A DNA stretch of 64,000 bases, from the IMG/VR virus record IMGVR_UViG_3300035208_007487; one strand, 5' to 3'. This document shows positions 1-9,695 of the stretch, in pieces. The translations under genes and the position numbers were made by a program. The notes beneath the pieces were generated by a model. It worked only from the letters and a program-made list of their open reading frames with translations, did no database searches and was not told the origin of the DNA. Position 1 is the first letter of the stretch. Every line of letters starts with the position of its first letter. The stretch comes from a virus. Lineage: Duplodnaviria > Caudoviricetes.

Positions 1-7
1 ATTCATT

Positions 8-481
8 TTAGCACCTCTTGAATCCCTTCAAGAGGGAAGAAATTTCACGACGGGCCAAAGATTTTTGGACATTGGCTTGCCTAGCCTGAAGAGAAGAAAC
101 CGAATTGCCATAGACCGCCTTCAGATTGGCTTCAACCTTCGACCGCAAATTATCCATCTTCAGGGCTTTCCATGCGATGTAATTGGGAGAATGGACGATC
201 TGCGATGTGTAAGCTTCCTCTGCAAGCTTGGCGTCAACTTCGCTCCTGAAAGGTTCCGACTGCAAGCCGTTCGTCCAGTCAAAAACGAGCATCCAACGAG
301 CAGGAAGAAACTTTCCATGCAAGCGCTCACCAGAAATCTTCTGAATATGGCAAATACGGAAAACGGTAGGATCAGACAAAACGGCTTGCATTTCCTTATC
401 AATAGCTTCCTTAGTTGCGTGAAAGTTCTTGACATGAGCAAAGCCCTTCTGAATCGCGTTAAGTTCCTTGGAAGTGTTCAT
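8..481 (-). CDS. hypothetical early protein
   Basis: ORF with AGGA RBS before ATG at 481, directly downstream of the promoter at 535-563. Confidence 0.7.
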   Translation of the reverse strand: MNTSKELNAIQKGFAHVKNFHATKEAIDKEMQAVLSDPTVFRICHIQKISGERLHGKFLPARWMLVFDWTNGLQSEPFRSEVDAKLAEEAYTSQIVHSPNYIAWKALKMDNLRSKVEANLKAVYGNSVSSLQARQANVQKSLARREISSLLKGFKRC

Positions 482-534
482 TTTGTCGGTCCTATCGTTA
501 AGGTTCAAGTGCGAGGCCGTTTACCTCTTCACAT

Positions 535-563
535 AATATAGCCCGAAATATTGGCCATGTCAA
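535..563 (-). promoter_or_regulatory. sigma70-type early promoter
   Basis: TTGACA-N17-TATATT on the minus strand. Confidence 0.8.
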
Positions 564-622
564 GGGCTTGATAAAAGAAAGATGAAAAAAAATTAGTGAT
601 CTGCTAATTAGTGAAGAACATG

Positions 623-720
623 AAAATAATTCCAAAATTTAGTCTTGCCAATCAGTCCAGTCTATACTAAATTACAAGTATATACATAAAGGAATAATAG
701 AGTAAGATATCTCTTATTAG
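623..720. repeat. conserved ~95-bp inter-cassette repeat, copy 1
   Basis: AAAATAATTCCAAAATTTAG..TTGC.AATCAGT.CAGTCTATACTAAATT...AAGGAATAATAGA; five copies in 0.6-12.3 kb. Confidence 0.9.
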
Positions 721-724
721 CCAA

Positions 725-758
725 TAAAAAAAGGAAGACATATTAATCTTCCTTTTTA
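725..758. terminator. probably bidirectional intrinsic terminator
   Basis: AAAAAAAGGAAGA-catattaa-TCTTCCTTTTT hairpin with A and T runs on both sides. Confidence 0.75.
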
Positions 759-762
759 TCTC

Positions 763-912
763 TTACTTGTATTTACGAATCATTTCCCGAATATCTGCTA
801 AAGTTTCACCTGAACAATGTTGTCCATTTACGCTAGCAGTATATCTCAAAGCGAATCCAATTGCAGTATTTTTCCAAATTTGAACACCAAAATATACTGA
901 ATGCGGTTCCAC
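763..912 (-). CDS. small hypothetical protein (49 aa, GTG start)
   Basis: AAGGA RBS; abuts the 914-1111 gene and ends at the terminator. Confidence 0.55.
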   Translation of the reverse strand: MEPHSVYFGVQIWKNTAIGFALRYTASVNGQHCSGETLADIREMIRKYK

Positions 913-913
913 T

Positions 914-1111
914 TTAGTATCCTTTCGCTATATGCAAGGGTTTCCATCCCCAATTGTATTCGGTACTCATATCCTTCCAAAACACTGAATAAGTCTTATT
1001 CTTATTATTGGCAAGGAACCTATCCAATTGTTCTTTGGGAGTACCTGAACCGGATTTATTAGTAAAGAAAATTTCCGTTCCATCTTCATGAATTATTTTG
1101 TAATGAAGCAT
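914..1111 (-). CDS. hypothetical protein
   Basis: AAGGA RBS before ATG at 1111 (MLHYKII...). Confidence 0.65.
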   Translation of the reverse strand: MLHYKIIHEDGTEIFFTNKSGSGTPKEQLDRFLANNKNKTYSVFWKDMSTEYNWGWKPLHIAKGY

Positions 1112-1127
1112 TTTATTATCCTTTTGA

Positions 1128-1742
1128 TTAAGTTGCTTCTGCCAAATCAAATTCGTAATTGGTATCAAGCTTTGGGAGATTATCTTTTGCCATTTGCAAG
1201 GCTTCATCCAAAGCATAAATATCCCCACACGAATCAATTATTTCCCCATGTTCATCAAAAGGATTGATAGCATGAGTATTATAGCAATATACATCGCCTC
1301 GAATGTATTGATCAAAGATAGCTATTTCGCCCTTCAATCGTTCTTCTACCGCCTTCCAATCAACGCTTCCGGTTTCTGGAATGATAATCTTTTCGGCCAT
1401 AGCGGTAAGATTATTCATATAGATATAACCTACCAAACCAGAATCCCAAGGATCGCCAAAAGGCTTAGTGCTAATGGTATCGCCAGAATGCGAATACATA
1501 TAAATTGGCAAAACAAGAGCTTTGCCGCCCGTTGCGTAGTTGTAGAAACCTTCGCTATCTAGAATAAGCTTACCATCTTCATTAGTTTCCAAAGGAATTG
1601 CATCTTTATCAGAAGAAAAATGCCTTGGAACCAAAGAAATAATCGTAGAAGAGCTTCCCCAACTACGAGGTGAATCATTATCGTTATCCAAGTAAATCTT
1701 GATGATAAAGTTACCAATCTTTTCAGTTTTGACAGAGTTCAT
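1128..1742 (-). CDS. conserved phage early-region hypothetical protein
   Basis: AAGGAG RBS; motifs LPIYMYSHSG, PWDSGLVGYIY, FDQYIRGDVY, IDSC. Confidence 0.8.
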   Translation of the reverse strand: MNSVKTEKIGNFIIKIYLDNDNDSPRSWGSSSTIISLVPRHFSSDKDAIPLETNEDGKLILDSEGFYNYATGGKALVLPIYMYSHSGDTISTKPFGDPWDSGLVGYIYMNNLTAMAEKIIIPETGSVDWKAVEERLKGEIAIFDQYIRGDVYCYNTHAINPFDEHGEIIDSCGDIYALDEALQMAKDNLPKLDTNYEFDLAEAT

Positions 1743-1819
1743 TTTTTAGCTCCTTAGAAGGTTTGGTTGAAGTTCTTAGAACAAAGATACATTGAAATTT
1801 TTAGTTTGTCAACTAATTT

Positions 1820-2086
1820 CTAGATTTCCTTTCCAAAATGACCTTCAAGCTCACCATAGGCCATTTCCATAAGATCACCATTAGGTGCGCTTTCATTCCG
1901 TCCGGGTGTATAGTCAGACATAGAGAGAGCACTGTAAAGCTCGCTATCTTGCCCGCTATGGTAGTTTGAGGCATACCAATAAATAGCGCCCTCAATGTCG
2001 AATTCGTCAAAACCATAGATCTTGAACTTGGGAAGATTGAGATATTCCCGCATTTCACTTGCGCTCGGATCAAAAAGCTTGCCCAT
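1820..2086 (-). CDS. hypothetical early protein
   Basis: GGAG RBS; acidic 88-aa ORF with an upstream promoter. Confidence 0.7.
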   Translation of the reverse strand: MGKLFDPSASEMREYLNLPKFKIYGFDEFDIEGAIYWYASNYHSGQDSELYSALSMSDYTPGRNESAPNGDLMEMAYGELEGHFGKEI

Positions 2087-2178
2087 GATTTTTCTCCATT
2101 GAAAGATTTTCTAGAATTCCTTATTAACAAGTATATATTCTAAATCCTAAGATGTCAAGAAAAAACATGAATAAAGAA

Positions 2179-2279
2179 AAAATAATTCTTCCAAAATTTA
2201 GCCTTGCAAATCAGTTCAGTCTATACTAAATTTCAAGAGATATTCAAAAGGAATAATAGATATATTAATCCATTATTCC
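2179..2279. repeat. conserved inter-cassette repeat, copy 2
   Basis: aligns with copy 1. Confidence 0.9.
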
Positions 2280-2310
2280 ATATTAAAAAATGAGTATATA
2301 TAATATATAC

Positions 2311-2334
2311 TCAATCACTCACTCAATCAATCAA
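2311..2334 (-). repeat. (TCAA/TCAC)6 tract, giving TGA in all three minus-strand frames
   Basis: tcaatcactcactcaatcaatcaa; supplies the stop of ORF 2331-2744. Confidence 0.8.
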
Positions 2335-2744
2335 TTATGTTTTTGGGACGGTGTAAACCATTGATGAGTTTCAAAAATATCATTCAAATCATTTTTGTGA
2401 GCAATAGCACCTTGCCCATTTGAATCATATACAATAGTACTATTTTTCATATTCTTGATATGAATTAACCAACTGCATAATAGCTCTGGATATTCCAATT
2501 CAGTATTACATTTGGAAATATCCTTTTCGCATTGTTCAATCAAGCCTTTAATCAAATCATGAATGAAATTATCAGAATCAAAAGGATCAAATGAACTTGG
2601 CATGAAAAACGTAGAAGGAATACTATTGTAAAGGCTAAAGAAAAGATAGCCTACCAAATTGCTATTCCAAATAATAGCCGAAACCCCAAAATTGGCCTTG
2701 ACGATGTGGTGCATATCGGCATAGAAACTGCGCTCACTTGCCAT
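2331..2744 (-). CDS. hypothetical early protein
   Basis: ORF between promoter 2786-2813 and a terminator. Confidence 0.7.
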   Translation of the reverse strand: MASERSFYADMHHIVKANFGVSAIIWNSNLVGYLFFSLYNSIPSTFFMPSSFDPFDSDNFIHDLIKGLIEQCEKDISKCNTELEYPELLCSWLIHIKNMKNSTIVYDSNGQGAIAHKNDLNDIFETHQWFTPSQKHN

Positions 2745-2785
2745 TTCATATCTTTCTTTTAGTGAGTAACATTACTCATAAGATG

Positions 2786-2813
2786 AATATAATAATTTTT
2801 GGAACTTTGGCAA
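2786..2813 (-). promoter_or_regulatory. early promoter
   Basis: TTGCCA-N16-TATATT. Confidence 0.75.
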
Positions 2814-3084
2814 CAAAAAAACCCACCTATCACAAAGTAATAAATGGGAAAGCTTTCAAATTGTAAACCGCACAAGCTTAGAGAGTTGAAAGCTTTTTTG
2901 GGCCTTAACGCAGAACAAATTGTAACGTGAGTTTTACGGCTCTCCGCGAATGTAATTCATTCGACCTCCAATGATGTACTGACAACGACAGCAAGCCCAA
3001 ATAGAGCGTGCGAATTCTATTTCTCACAATACCCAAGGTCGGGCAATAGTAGCGCCACCGAAAGTGCAGGCGGACTTCCTACAC
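2814..3084 (-). ncRNA. candidate ~265-nt small RNA or micropeptide cassette
   Basis: own promoter (3089-3116) and U-tailed end; no long ORF; hairpins; GGAGG-led 8-codon ORF MNYIRGEP. Confidence 0.45.
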
Positions 3085-3088
3085 ATAG

Positions 3089-3116
3089 AATATAATAATT
3101 TGAAAGATGCTGTCAA
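3089..3116 (-). promoter_or_regulatory. early promoter
   Basis: TTGACA-N16-TATATT followed by CTATGTG. Confidence 0.8.
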
Positions 3117-3209
3117 GCTTTTTGGGAAGAAAATAATAGAGCAATGAATCCATTATTAGTATATAAAAATGAGCATACATATAATAGGTATGCTCAATCA
3201 ATCACTCAC

Positions 3210-3506
3210 TCAATTAGGAATTAGTACACACATTTCCAGGAAGTTTTCTTTTGTGATGACCACAAGGGTGTCACCATCTTTCTCATAAATGCCCTTCAGC
3301 TCCTTTAGAAGGTCTTTATATTCTCCACAGGGGCAAGTAGCACTTTCCTCAATGTGGCCCTTTGAAACAGAGCTATGCTGACCAACATGGGCATAGCAAG
3401 TGAGATTTCCTTGTCTGTCGAAATTGACAGGAAAGGCTGCATAGATGTCGTCGTCCCCTTCGATGTCGCTATACTTGAGAAAAGTGACGTAATGAAGCAT
3501 TTTCAT
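3210..3506 (-). CDS. conserved phage early hypothetical protein
   Basis: AAGGAG RBS; motif IYAAFP...CYAHVGQHS...EYKDLLKEL; promoter at 3545-3572. Confidence 0.8.
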   Translation of the reverse strand: MKMLHYVTFLKYSDIEGDDDIYAAFPVNFDRQGNLTCYAHVGQHSSVSKGHIEESATCPCGEYKDLLKELKGIYEKDGDTLVVITKENFLEMCVLIPN

Positions 3507-3580
3507 TCTCCTTAAGAGTTAGAGCAACATTGCCCTTCACATAGAATATAAAAAAATCTAGAACTTTGGCAACTACTATT

Positions 3581-3916
3581 TTAGACTAATCCCAACAAGT
3601 ATTCAGAACGGAAGCCTAAGAACTTTTTCAATTCTCCCTTGATTGTCTTATAAGGATGATTAAGGAATTGTAATAAAGAAGGCTTTTCACCTAATCCAAT
3701 CATATTGTAAATCTCTTGCTTCTCATATCCATAATTGAATAAGGATTGTAATAAAATAATGTTATTTTCTGCATTCATCATTTCCTTCATGGTATCTACA
3801 TATAGGGTAGTTTCTTTTTTCGGAGTAATGAATTTAATCTGCTTGGTTGGATAATCAATTTCAAAGGTGCTTTGAGCTTTACCATTCAAAAAATATAGGC
3901 TGTATTGCATTGTCAT
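3581..3916 (-). CDS. hypothetical protein
   Basis: AAGGA RBS, own cassette. Confidence 0.7.
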   Translation of the reverse strand: MTMQYSLYFLNGKAQSTFEIDYPTKQIKFITPKKETTLYVDTMKEMMNAENNIILLQSLFNYGYEKQEIYNMIGLGEKPSLLQFLNHPYKTIKGELKKFLGFRSEYLLGLV

Positions 3917-4022
3917 TCCTTATGTGGAGGTGAAGTAGTCCTAATATAATTAAATTAATATAATATGTAAACAAAAAAGGAAAGCATTGAAGCCTTCCTT
4001 TTCAATTCAGTCGATAATTATT

Positions 4023-4373
4023 CTAAATTCTTGTGGCTAATCCAGTGGTTTGAACGAAAAGAAATTCCAATTGATCGCAATACACATCATCATGAGTTAT
4101 TTTCAAATTCCAATAACCTTTGGAAATCCGATAAAAATCCATCCGATATGTATCTCGGCCTTCACAATAGCTCAAAATTAATCCATTCAAGCCATTATTT
4201 GCTTTGGCTTTGAAATGAATCATTGCAGCATATTCACACTTACTAGCCTTGTAAGTATATGAATATGGAAGATTTGCTCCAATCATTTGAAGAAACCGGC
4301 TACCACCGATTTGATTCATCATGGTAAAAACTACCTTTTTTACCTCTTCATCTGGAACAGTATTGTTTTCCAT
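4023..4373 (-). CDS. conserved phage hypothetical protein
   Basis: motif QIGG.RF..MIGA...DTY.M.F...DVYCDQL..LF...TGL. Confidence 0.8.
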   Translation of the reverse strand: MENNTVPDEEVKKVVFTMMNQIGGSRFLQMIGANLPYSYTYKASKCEYAAMIHFKAKANNGLNGLILSYCEGRDTYRMDFYRISKGYWNLKITHDDVYCDQLEFLFVQTTGLATRI

Positions 4374-4374
4374 T

Positions 4375-4698
4375 TTATTCTACCTCATTAGAACCATGAT
4401 AGAGTTTCCAATCCCGAATCTTTTTGTCAAGATATTTGATAAACCTTTCATCTTCAATCTCCGCCTGAGAAACCATATCGGTAATCCAGGAAAATTCTTC
4501 TCGCATTTTTTCAGTATAAATTTTTACATTAGCGATAACTAATTCTAATGTATTGTGCATATTCCGATAAGCCTCGAATCTAGCTACATCTTTTTCTTGC
4601 TTGAATTTAGCATATTGAATAGCCGCATTGGTATATGCGTCAACAGTGCCTTTATCCAGTTGATTAAGAAAGTCTAGCAATTGATCTTTGGCGCTCAT
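4375..4698 (-). CDS. hypothetical protein
   Basis: GAGGTG RBS, operonic. Confidence 0.7.
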   Translation of the reverse strand: MSAKDQLLDFLNQLDKGTVDAYTNAAIQYAKFKQEKDVARFEAYRNMHNTLELVIANVKIYTEKMREEFSWITDMVSQAEIEDERFIKYLDKKIRDWKLYHGSNEVE

Positions 4699-4709
4699 TT
4701 TTTCACCTC

Positions 4710-4907
4710 TTAGGTTAAGTTGGGGGTTCTGTTATAAGTAATATAAAAATTCTTGAGGCTTTGGCAACAAAAAAGAGGATCTTTTTCAATCCTCTTATTA
4801 TCCATTCTTCTGTACTTTGTTTGGTCCTTGAATGCTTGGCATCTTTGCTTTGGCAAAGGAATCCGAACTTTTGGTAATTCTAGCTTTCGCCTTTTGTAGT
4901 CTTTCAT
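4710..4907 (-). CDS. small basic hypothetical protein
   Basis: operonic ORF. Confidence 0.55.
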   Translation of the reverse strand: MKDYKRRKLELPKVRIPLPKQRCQAFKDQTKYRRMDNKRIEKDPLFCCQSLKNFYITYNRTPNLT

Positions 4908-4918
4908 ACCACAATTAT

Positions 4919-5569
4919 TTATCCTCTTACGTTGTAAGTATCTTCATTTACTATCCAGCCTGAAATGTTGCTTATTAGAATAGCATTAACAATTGGCTTT
5001 GCTGCTTCAATTGATACACCTTCCGATAATGGAGCTACTACTCTTTCAGTGGGAAGAAAACCTATTTTAAGGTCTTTTAATTCATCTCCTTCAAAAGCTT
5101 CCTCTGTTCCATCTGAATATACCTTGAAATATACTACTTCAGATGCTTCCTTGGCAAGCTCTGCAAGTGATTTATTTCCGCTAGAATAAGCCCTTAAATA
5201 CTTTACTCCATCTTTTTCAATGAGTATCTTAGATCCATCTACCCATTTTCCCCAAGGTAATGGTTTACTTTCAAAGTTGCGAACAAATCCATTCTCTGCT
5301 AATGTATCATTAACTCTATCTTCATAATCATCACCTATTGAATATAACTTAGTAGATTCTTTAACTACCCCCTCAATAGTAAGATTGGTAGGATGTGTGT
5401 AACATTCAGTAAGAGATACCTTAAGTTTACCAATAGATTTTATTCTATGGCCTTTCAATACTTTAGGATTAGTACGAGTAGTGATGAATAAATCAATTGG
5501 ACCTTTACCATTAAATTCATTCAATAATTCAGCTACTTTATTTGCGGGGATATTCTTTTTGCTAGACAT
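4919..5569 (-). CDS. hypothetical protein
   Basis: 216 aa; GGAG RBS; motif YEDRVN...FESKPLPWGKW. Confidence 0.8.
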   Translation of the reverse strand: MSSKKNIPANKVAELLNEFNGKGPIDLFITTRTNPKVLKGHRIKSIGKLKVSLTECYTHPTNLTIEGVVKESTKLYSIGDDYEDRVNDTLAENGFVRNFESKPLPWGKWVDGSKILIEKDGVKYLRAYSSGNKSLAELAKEASEVVYFKVYSDGTEEAFEGDELKDLKIGFLPTERVVAPLSEGVSIEAAKPIVNAILISNISGWIVNEDTYNVRG

Positions 5570-5680
5570 TAAATTACTCCAATTATTCTATGGTGTAATC
5601 TAATGGTAACATTTAATAAGGAACAATAAAAAAGGAGAGCTAATTTAGCCCTCCTTTAGATGAACATTGAAAATTGAAGA

Positions 5681-6196
5681 TTAGGCAGCGGCGGGAGTCG
5701 AAGTATCAGCCTTCGGAGCGGCACCGTTCTTTGATCCCTTGGGGGCACGGTGGGTAACTTCGCCCTTGAACTGCTCCTGCAAGCGCTTGATCATCTTGGA
5801 AATGGAGTTCAGGCGAATGGAATCCAGCTTGGCAGTGAACTTGCGAGGAGCCTTGATGCCCTCAGCCGCGCCGCGAACCTGGGCATTGATCGTGCATTCG
5901 TGGCCGAAAAGAGCCTCATTGAGAGCCACTTCGACCATTTCATCTTCGACCTTCACCAGAACCTTGGAATCCGGCAAAGTCTTGATGGAATCCAAGATGC
6001 TCTGACGAAGCTTCTGATCCTCGTCCTTACGAGCGCTCTTCTGAACACCCATCGCCTGCTTCACTTCGTCCTGCTTCTGCTTCAGAATGGACTGAATCTT
6101 CTTGAGGTCCGTGGTGGGGATCGCATTGACATCCAGGGTGACAACCGGAGTATCGGTCTTGGGAGCAGCGGCTGGAGTGTTGATCGTGTTTTCCAT
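5681..6196 (-). CDS. GC-rich, probably highly expressed early protein, paralog A
   Basis: shares DQKLRQ..EALFGHECTI.AQV..KAPRKFTAKLDSIR..QFKGEVT with 7839-8489; tandem promoters upstream. Confidence 0.85.
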   Translation of the reverse strand: MENTINTPAAAPKTDTPVVTLDVNAIPTTDLKKIQSILKQKQDEVKQAMGVQKSARKDEDQKLRQSILDSIKTLPDSKVLVKVEDEMVEVALNEALFGHECTINAQVRGAAEGIKAPRKFTAKLDSIRLNSISKMIKRLQEQFKGEVTHRAPKGSKNGAAPKADTSTPAAA

Positions 6197-6360
6197 TGTC
6201 TTGTCTTTCTGATTGTGGTGAGTTTGTGAGTGGCTTTCAAGAGTCATTCTTGATTACCCTCTTGTATCTCTAATATCATTTTTCCAAGTTGCCTTGTCAA
6301 GCGATATTTTGAGATTTTGAAGTGAGAGGTTTTTGATTCCCTCCCCTTCCTTACACATAG

Positions 6361-6388
6361 AATATAAAAATTTAGCGACTCATGTCAA
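6361..6388 (-). promoter_or_regulatory. early promoter
   Basis: TTGACA-N16-TATATTCTATGTG. Confidence 0.8.
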
Positions 6389-6479
6389 GTCTTTTGGAAA
6401 GAAACTTTGAAATTCTTTGCTTTAGTAGTAGTGAGTCAACATGAGCAGAACAACATTAAAGATCTTTAATACTAGCCTA

Positions 6480-6575
6480 AAAATAATTCCAAAATTTAGC
6501 CTTGCAAATTTGTCCAGTCTATACTAAATTTCAACTATATAAGAATGGAATAATAGATATCTTAATCCATTAATA
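6480..6575. repeat. conserved inter-cassette repeat, copy 3
   Basis: aligns with copy 1. Confidence 0.9.
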
Positions 6576-6618
6576 CTATATAAAAAATCCCCTAAAATTT
6601 CTCTTAGAGGATTAAATA

Positions 6619-6691
6619 TGTGCCCGGTGGGGCTTGGACCCACGACCCGCGACTTAAAAGGCCGCTGCTCTACCAACTGAGCTACAAGCAC
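6619..6691 (-). tRNA. trnK: tRNA-Lys(UUU)
   Basis: cloverleaf GTGCTTG-TAGCTCAGTTGGTAGAGC-A-GCGGC CT TTT AA GTCGC...GTGGG TCCAAGC CCCAC-CGGGCAC-A; no encoded CCA. Confidence 0.92.
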
Positions 6692-6829
6692 GTCTCAAAT
6701 CTCAACACATTATGCTATCATCCAATAGAGGTGAGAAGCTAATTGGACGATTCCTTGAAGGCTATCCTTCCTCATCTCTCATGTAAATAATATAATAATT
6801 TTACCCAGCTCTGTCAACTTTTTCTTCAA

Positions 6830-7621
6830 CTATCTCAAATCATATTGAGAAACCTGAACATTATCAATAATTATATTATTTAGATTAACTTTAGCTCTAG
6901 TAATAATATTATCAATTGCAGTATGTGATAATAATAATTCTTCACCTAATTCTCGTAATGTCTTTTTCTTCTTCCCAAACAATCCTTCATAATTAATCAA
7001 ACAGAATTTTTCTCGTTCTTCTAATTGATTGATATATCTATGGATTAGATCTACCCTAGCCTTTACCAATATTTGGGTTAATGCATTCTCTGCATTAGGA
7101 TCGGGCACAATCTCTTCCAATGTAGTATCATTCCCATTACCTAATACAATGGGAGAATCAATTGGAGTAGTATTCAATAATGGTAGTATATTATCTTGCA
7201 ATTCTTTTTTCAATTCAGTCTCTTCAGGGGTTAGATTATCCCGTTCAAAGATTCTTAGCTTTTTTGCCTTACTTAACAGAGTGTAATAGTTATGTGGAAT
7301 ATGAATGATTGGAGCATTTCGATATTCCTTTTGACATTCAGATCTCATATAGAATCCAATATGCTTGGCAAAATGTATCTCACCTAGATACATCTTATCA
7401 TCTGCATACTTTTTGATTCCATCCATGAATCCCTTAATACAGGCAGTCATTGCAATATCAAAAGATAAGCTACTTGCTCGCTTGGCAATTTTGATTCGTA
7501 AGGGTTGATACTGAATGAATAATGAACTTACTAGGTTATTCCAATCTTGCCGATAAACTTTTCCATCTGGTCTACAAAATACTCTACAAAATTCAGCTTT
7601 ATGTGTACTGTATTCAGGCAT
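6830..7621 (-). CDS. sigma70-family RNA polymerase sigma factor (regions 2-4)
   Basis: region 4 HTH LEEREK..INYEGLFGKKKKTLRELGEELLLSHTAIDNIITRA; IHIP and D.TLEEIVPD motifs; AAGGA RBS before ATG 7621. Confidence 0.8.
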   Translation of the reverse strand: MPEYSTHKAEFCRVFCRPDGKVYRQDWNNLVSSLFIQYQPLRIKIAKRASSLSFDIAMTACIKGFMDGIKKYADDKMYLGEIHFAKHIGFYMRSECQKEYRNAPIIHIPHNYYTLLSKAKKLRIFERDNLTPEETELKKELQDNILPLLNTTPIDSPIVLGNGNDTTLEEIVPDPNAENALTQILVKARVDLIHRYINQLEEREKFCLINYEGLFGKKKKTLRELGEELLLSHTAIDNIITRAKVNLNNIIIDNVQVSQYDLR

Positions 7622-7838
7622 GGAATCCTTTTCTGGGAACAAAGAGGTTAAGCCATTAATATATTCCAATCTGATGAATAAAATTAAGATTATGAGTAAG
7701 GGGAAATTCCCTTGCCTGGATTCTAATATAGTGCAGCTATCCATAGTGGGCAAGAGAAAATTTTACATATTTTGAAACACAAAAAAGGAGAACCAAAATG
7801 GTCCTCCCTTTCATCTTATCACTTGGCTTGATTTTTGA

Positions 7839-8489
7839 TTAGGCTACGACTGCCTTGGGTGCCTTCTTGCCCTTGTGCTTGGGCACCTTGACGGTATCAA
7901 CCACGGGAGCGGGAACAGGTGCAGGAATCTCGGCCTTGGGTGCTTCGGGAGCGTGGCCCTCTTCCATCGTGGATTCGGTCGGCTTCACATGGCGAGTGAC
8001 TTCGCCCTTGAACTGAGCATTCAGCCGGGCAATGGCCTTCTGAATTCCGGTCATGCGAATGGAGTCCAGCTTGGCCGTGAACTTGCGAGGGGCCTTTGTT
8101 CCCTCGGGCTGGCCCTTCACCTGAGCCATGATCGTGCATTCGTGGCCGAAAAGAGCCTCTTCCAAGCTCACTTCCACGTACTCCCCTTCGACCTTCACCA
8201 CCACAGGATGGCTCTTGAGGGCGCGAAGATCATCCAAGATCGTCTGACGAAGCTTCTGATCGTCACCCTTCCTGGCCTTCTTCTGGTCGTCGAGAACCTT
8301 CGAGGTGCTGGCCAGAGCCGCCTTCAGAAGCGAATCAGCCTTCTTCAGGACATCCTTGGGAAGAGCAGCCATTTCCTCGGAACTGAGAGCCGAAAACTTG
8401 GCGGCAGTGATGTTCTCGACCGTGAGAACTTCATTGATGACGGTTTCGGTGAAAGCAGAGACAGGAGCGGAAGTAAGCGTGGTTTCCAT
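7839..8489 (-). CDS. GC-rich early protein, paralog B, with Pro/Ala/Lys-rich tail
   Basis: paralog of 5681-6196; promoter at 8554-8581. Confidence 0.85.
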   Translation of the reverse strand: METTLTSAPVSAFTETVINEVLTVENITAAKFSALSSEEMAALPKDVLKKADSLLKAALASTSKVLDDQKKARKGDDQKLRQTILDDLRALKSHPVVVKVEGEYVEVSLEEALFGHECTIMAQVKGQPEGTKAPRKFTAKLDSIRMTGIQKAIARLNAQFKGEVTRHVKPTESTMEEGHAPEAPKAEIPAPVPAPVVDTVKVPKHKGKKAPKAVVA

Positions 8490-8677
8490 TGTAGTGTCTT
8501 TCTTTTGAGGTTGAGAGGCTTGGAGAACCATTCTCGTCGTCTCTTACACATAGAATATAAAAATCTAGTGACTTTTGGCAACTAAATCTGAAAGAAAGTT
8601 AAAGATAATTTGCAGAACTAGCTAGGAGGGATTTTCTTGCCTAGTTGCGAGTATATATAATAGCAGAATAGAAGTCA

Positions 8678-8772
8678 AAAATAATTCCAAAATTTAACCT
8701 TGCAAATCAGTTCAGTCTATACTAAATTTCAAGTATATACAAAAGGAATAATAGATATACTAATCCATTATT
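8678..8772. repeat. conserved inter-cassette repeat, copy 4
   Basis: aligns with copy 1. Confidence 0.9.
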
Positions 8773-8878
8773 ACATAAAAAGAAAGAGTATATATTACTG
8801 CATACTCAATCAATCACTCAATTAAATGTTGTCGGAAATATATATAATAAGGAATTTATTATTTGCATAAATAGCAAT

Positions 8879-9658
8879 ATGTATAATAAATCAGTAATTA
8901 ATTTAGCTAAAAAAATGAAATTAAATGGAAGCTCAATTAGCGAAATAAGTAGAAAAATTTGTGCTAGTAGATCAGCCATTAAAGAATGGGTTACTCAATC
9001 AAAAAGATACACACCTAAAAACATATTTTATAATATAACTACTTTTGAATCATTTACTAATAATATGGCAAAGTTTGAAGAATATAGAAAATCATATTAT
9101 TACTTATTGGGCCAATATTTGGGAGATGGATGCATTAGCTTAATGAAAAATAAACGAACATACGAACTACGGATAATGTGTGCTGATTCACATCCTATGA
9201 TAATTGAAGAAGTTAAGAAATCCTTAAATATAGTATTTCCATATAATAAAATACAAGATGTGAAACGTCCAGGCTGTCGTTCAATTGGAATATATTGCAG
9301 TGCGTTACCTCAAATATTTCCTCACACTGGAAAGGGCAAAAAACATAATAGAATCATTAAATTAATAGATTGGCAACTTAATTATTTAGAATCAAATAAA
9401 ATTTATTTACTAAAAGGACTATTTCATTCAGATGGATCATATTATTATTCAAAAGCGACTAATAATTATCACTATAATTTTACCAATTGCTCATTAGATA
9501 TTCATAATATTTTTCAAAATTGTTTAGAGTCATTAAACATTAGATATACCTTTAATAAAAGAAAATGTAAAAAAATATTACCTAATGATATATATTTAAC
9601 AATAATTTATCGCAAATCTGAAGTAGATAAATTATTTGAATTAATTGGGCCTAAATAA
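8879..9658 (+). CDS. free-standing double-motif LAGLIDADG endonuclease with N-terminal HTH
   Basis: YLLGQYLGDGCI and LLKGLFHSDGS motifs; HTH SISEISRKICASRSAIKEW; CATAAATA just upstream. Confidence 0.8.
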   Translation: MYNKSVINLAKKMKLNGSSISEISRKICASRSAIKEWVTQSKRYTPKNIFYNITTFESFTNNMAKFEEYRKSYYYLLGQYLGDGCISLMKNKRTYELRIMCADSHPMIIEEVKKSLNIVFPYNKIQDVKRPGCRSIGIYCSALPQIFPHTGKGKKHNRIIKLIDWQLNYLESNKIYLLKGLFHSDGSYYYSKATNNYHYNFTNCSLDIHNIFQNCLESLNIRYTFNKRKCKKILPNDIYLTIIYRKSEVDKLFELIGPK

Positions 9659-9688
9659 AAAAACCTCCTAGAAATTAATCTAGGAGGA
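9657..9688 (-). terminator. terminator of the tRNA operon
   Basis: CCTCCTAGA/TCTAGGAGG hairpin plus U run on the minus strand. Confidence 0.75.
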
Positions 9689-9695
9689 TTTATAG

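Noticed and set aside
5739-8585. Plus-strand ORFs overlapping the GC-rich paralogs (also 65-541)
   Set aside because: Antisense shadows of biased codon usage; promoters and protein conservation support the minus strand.
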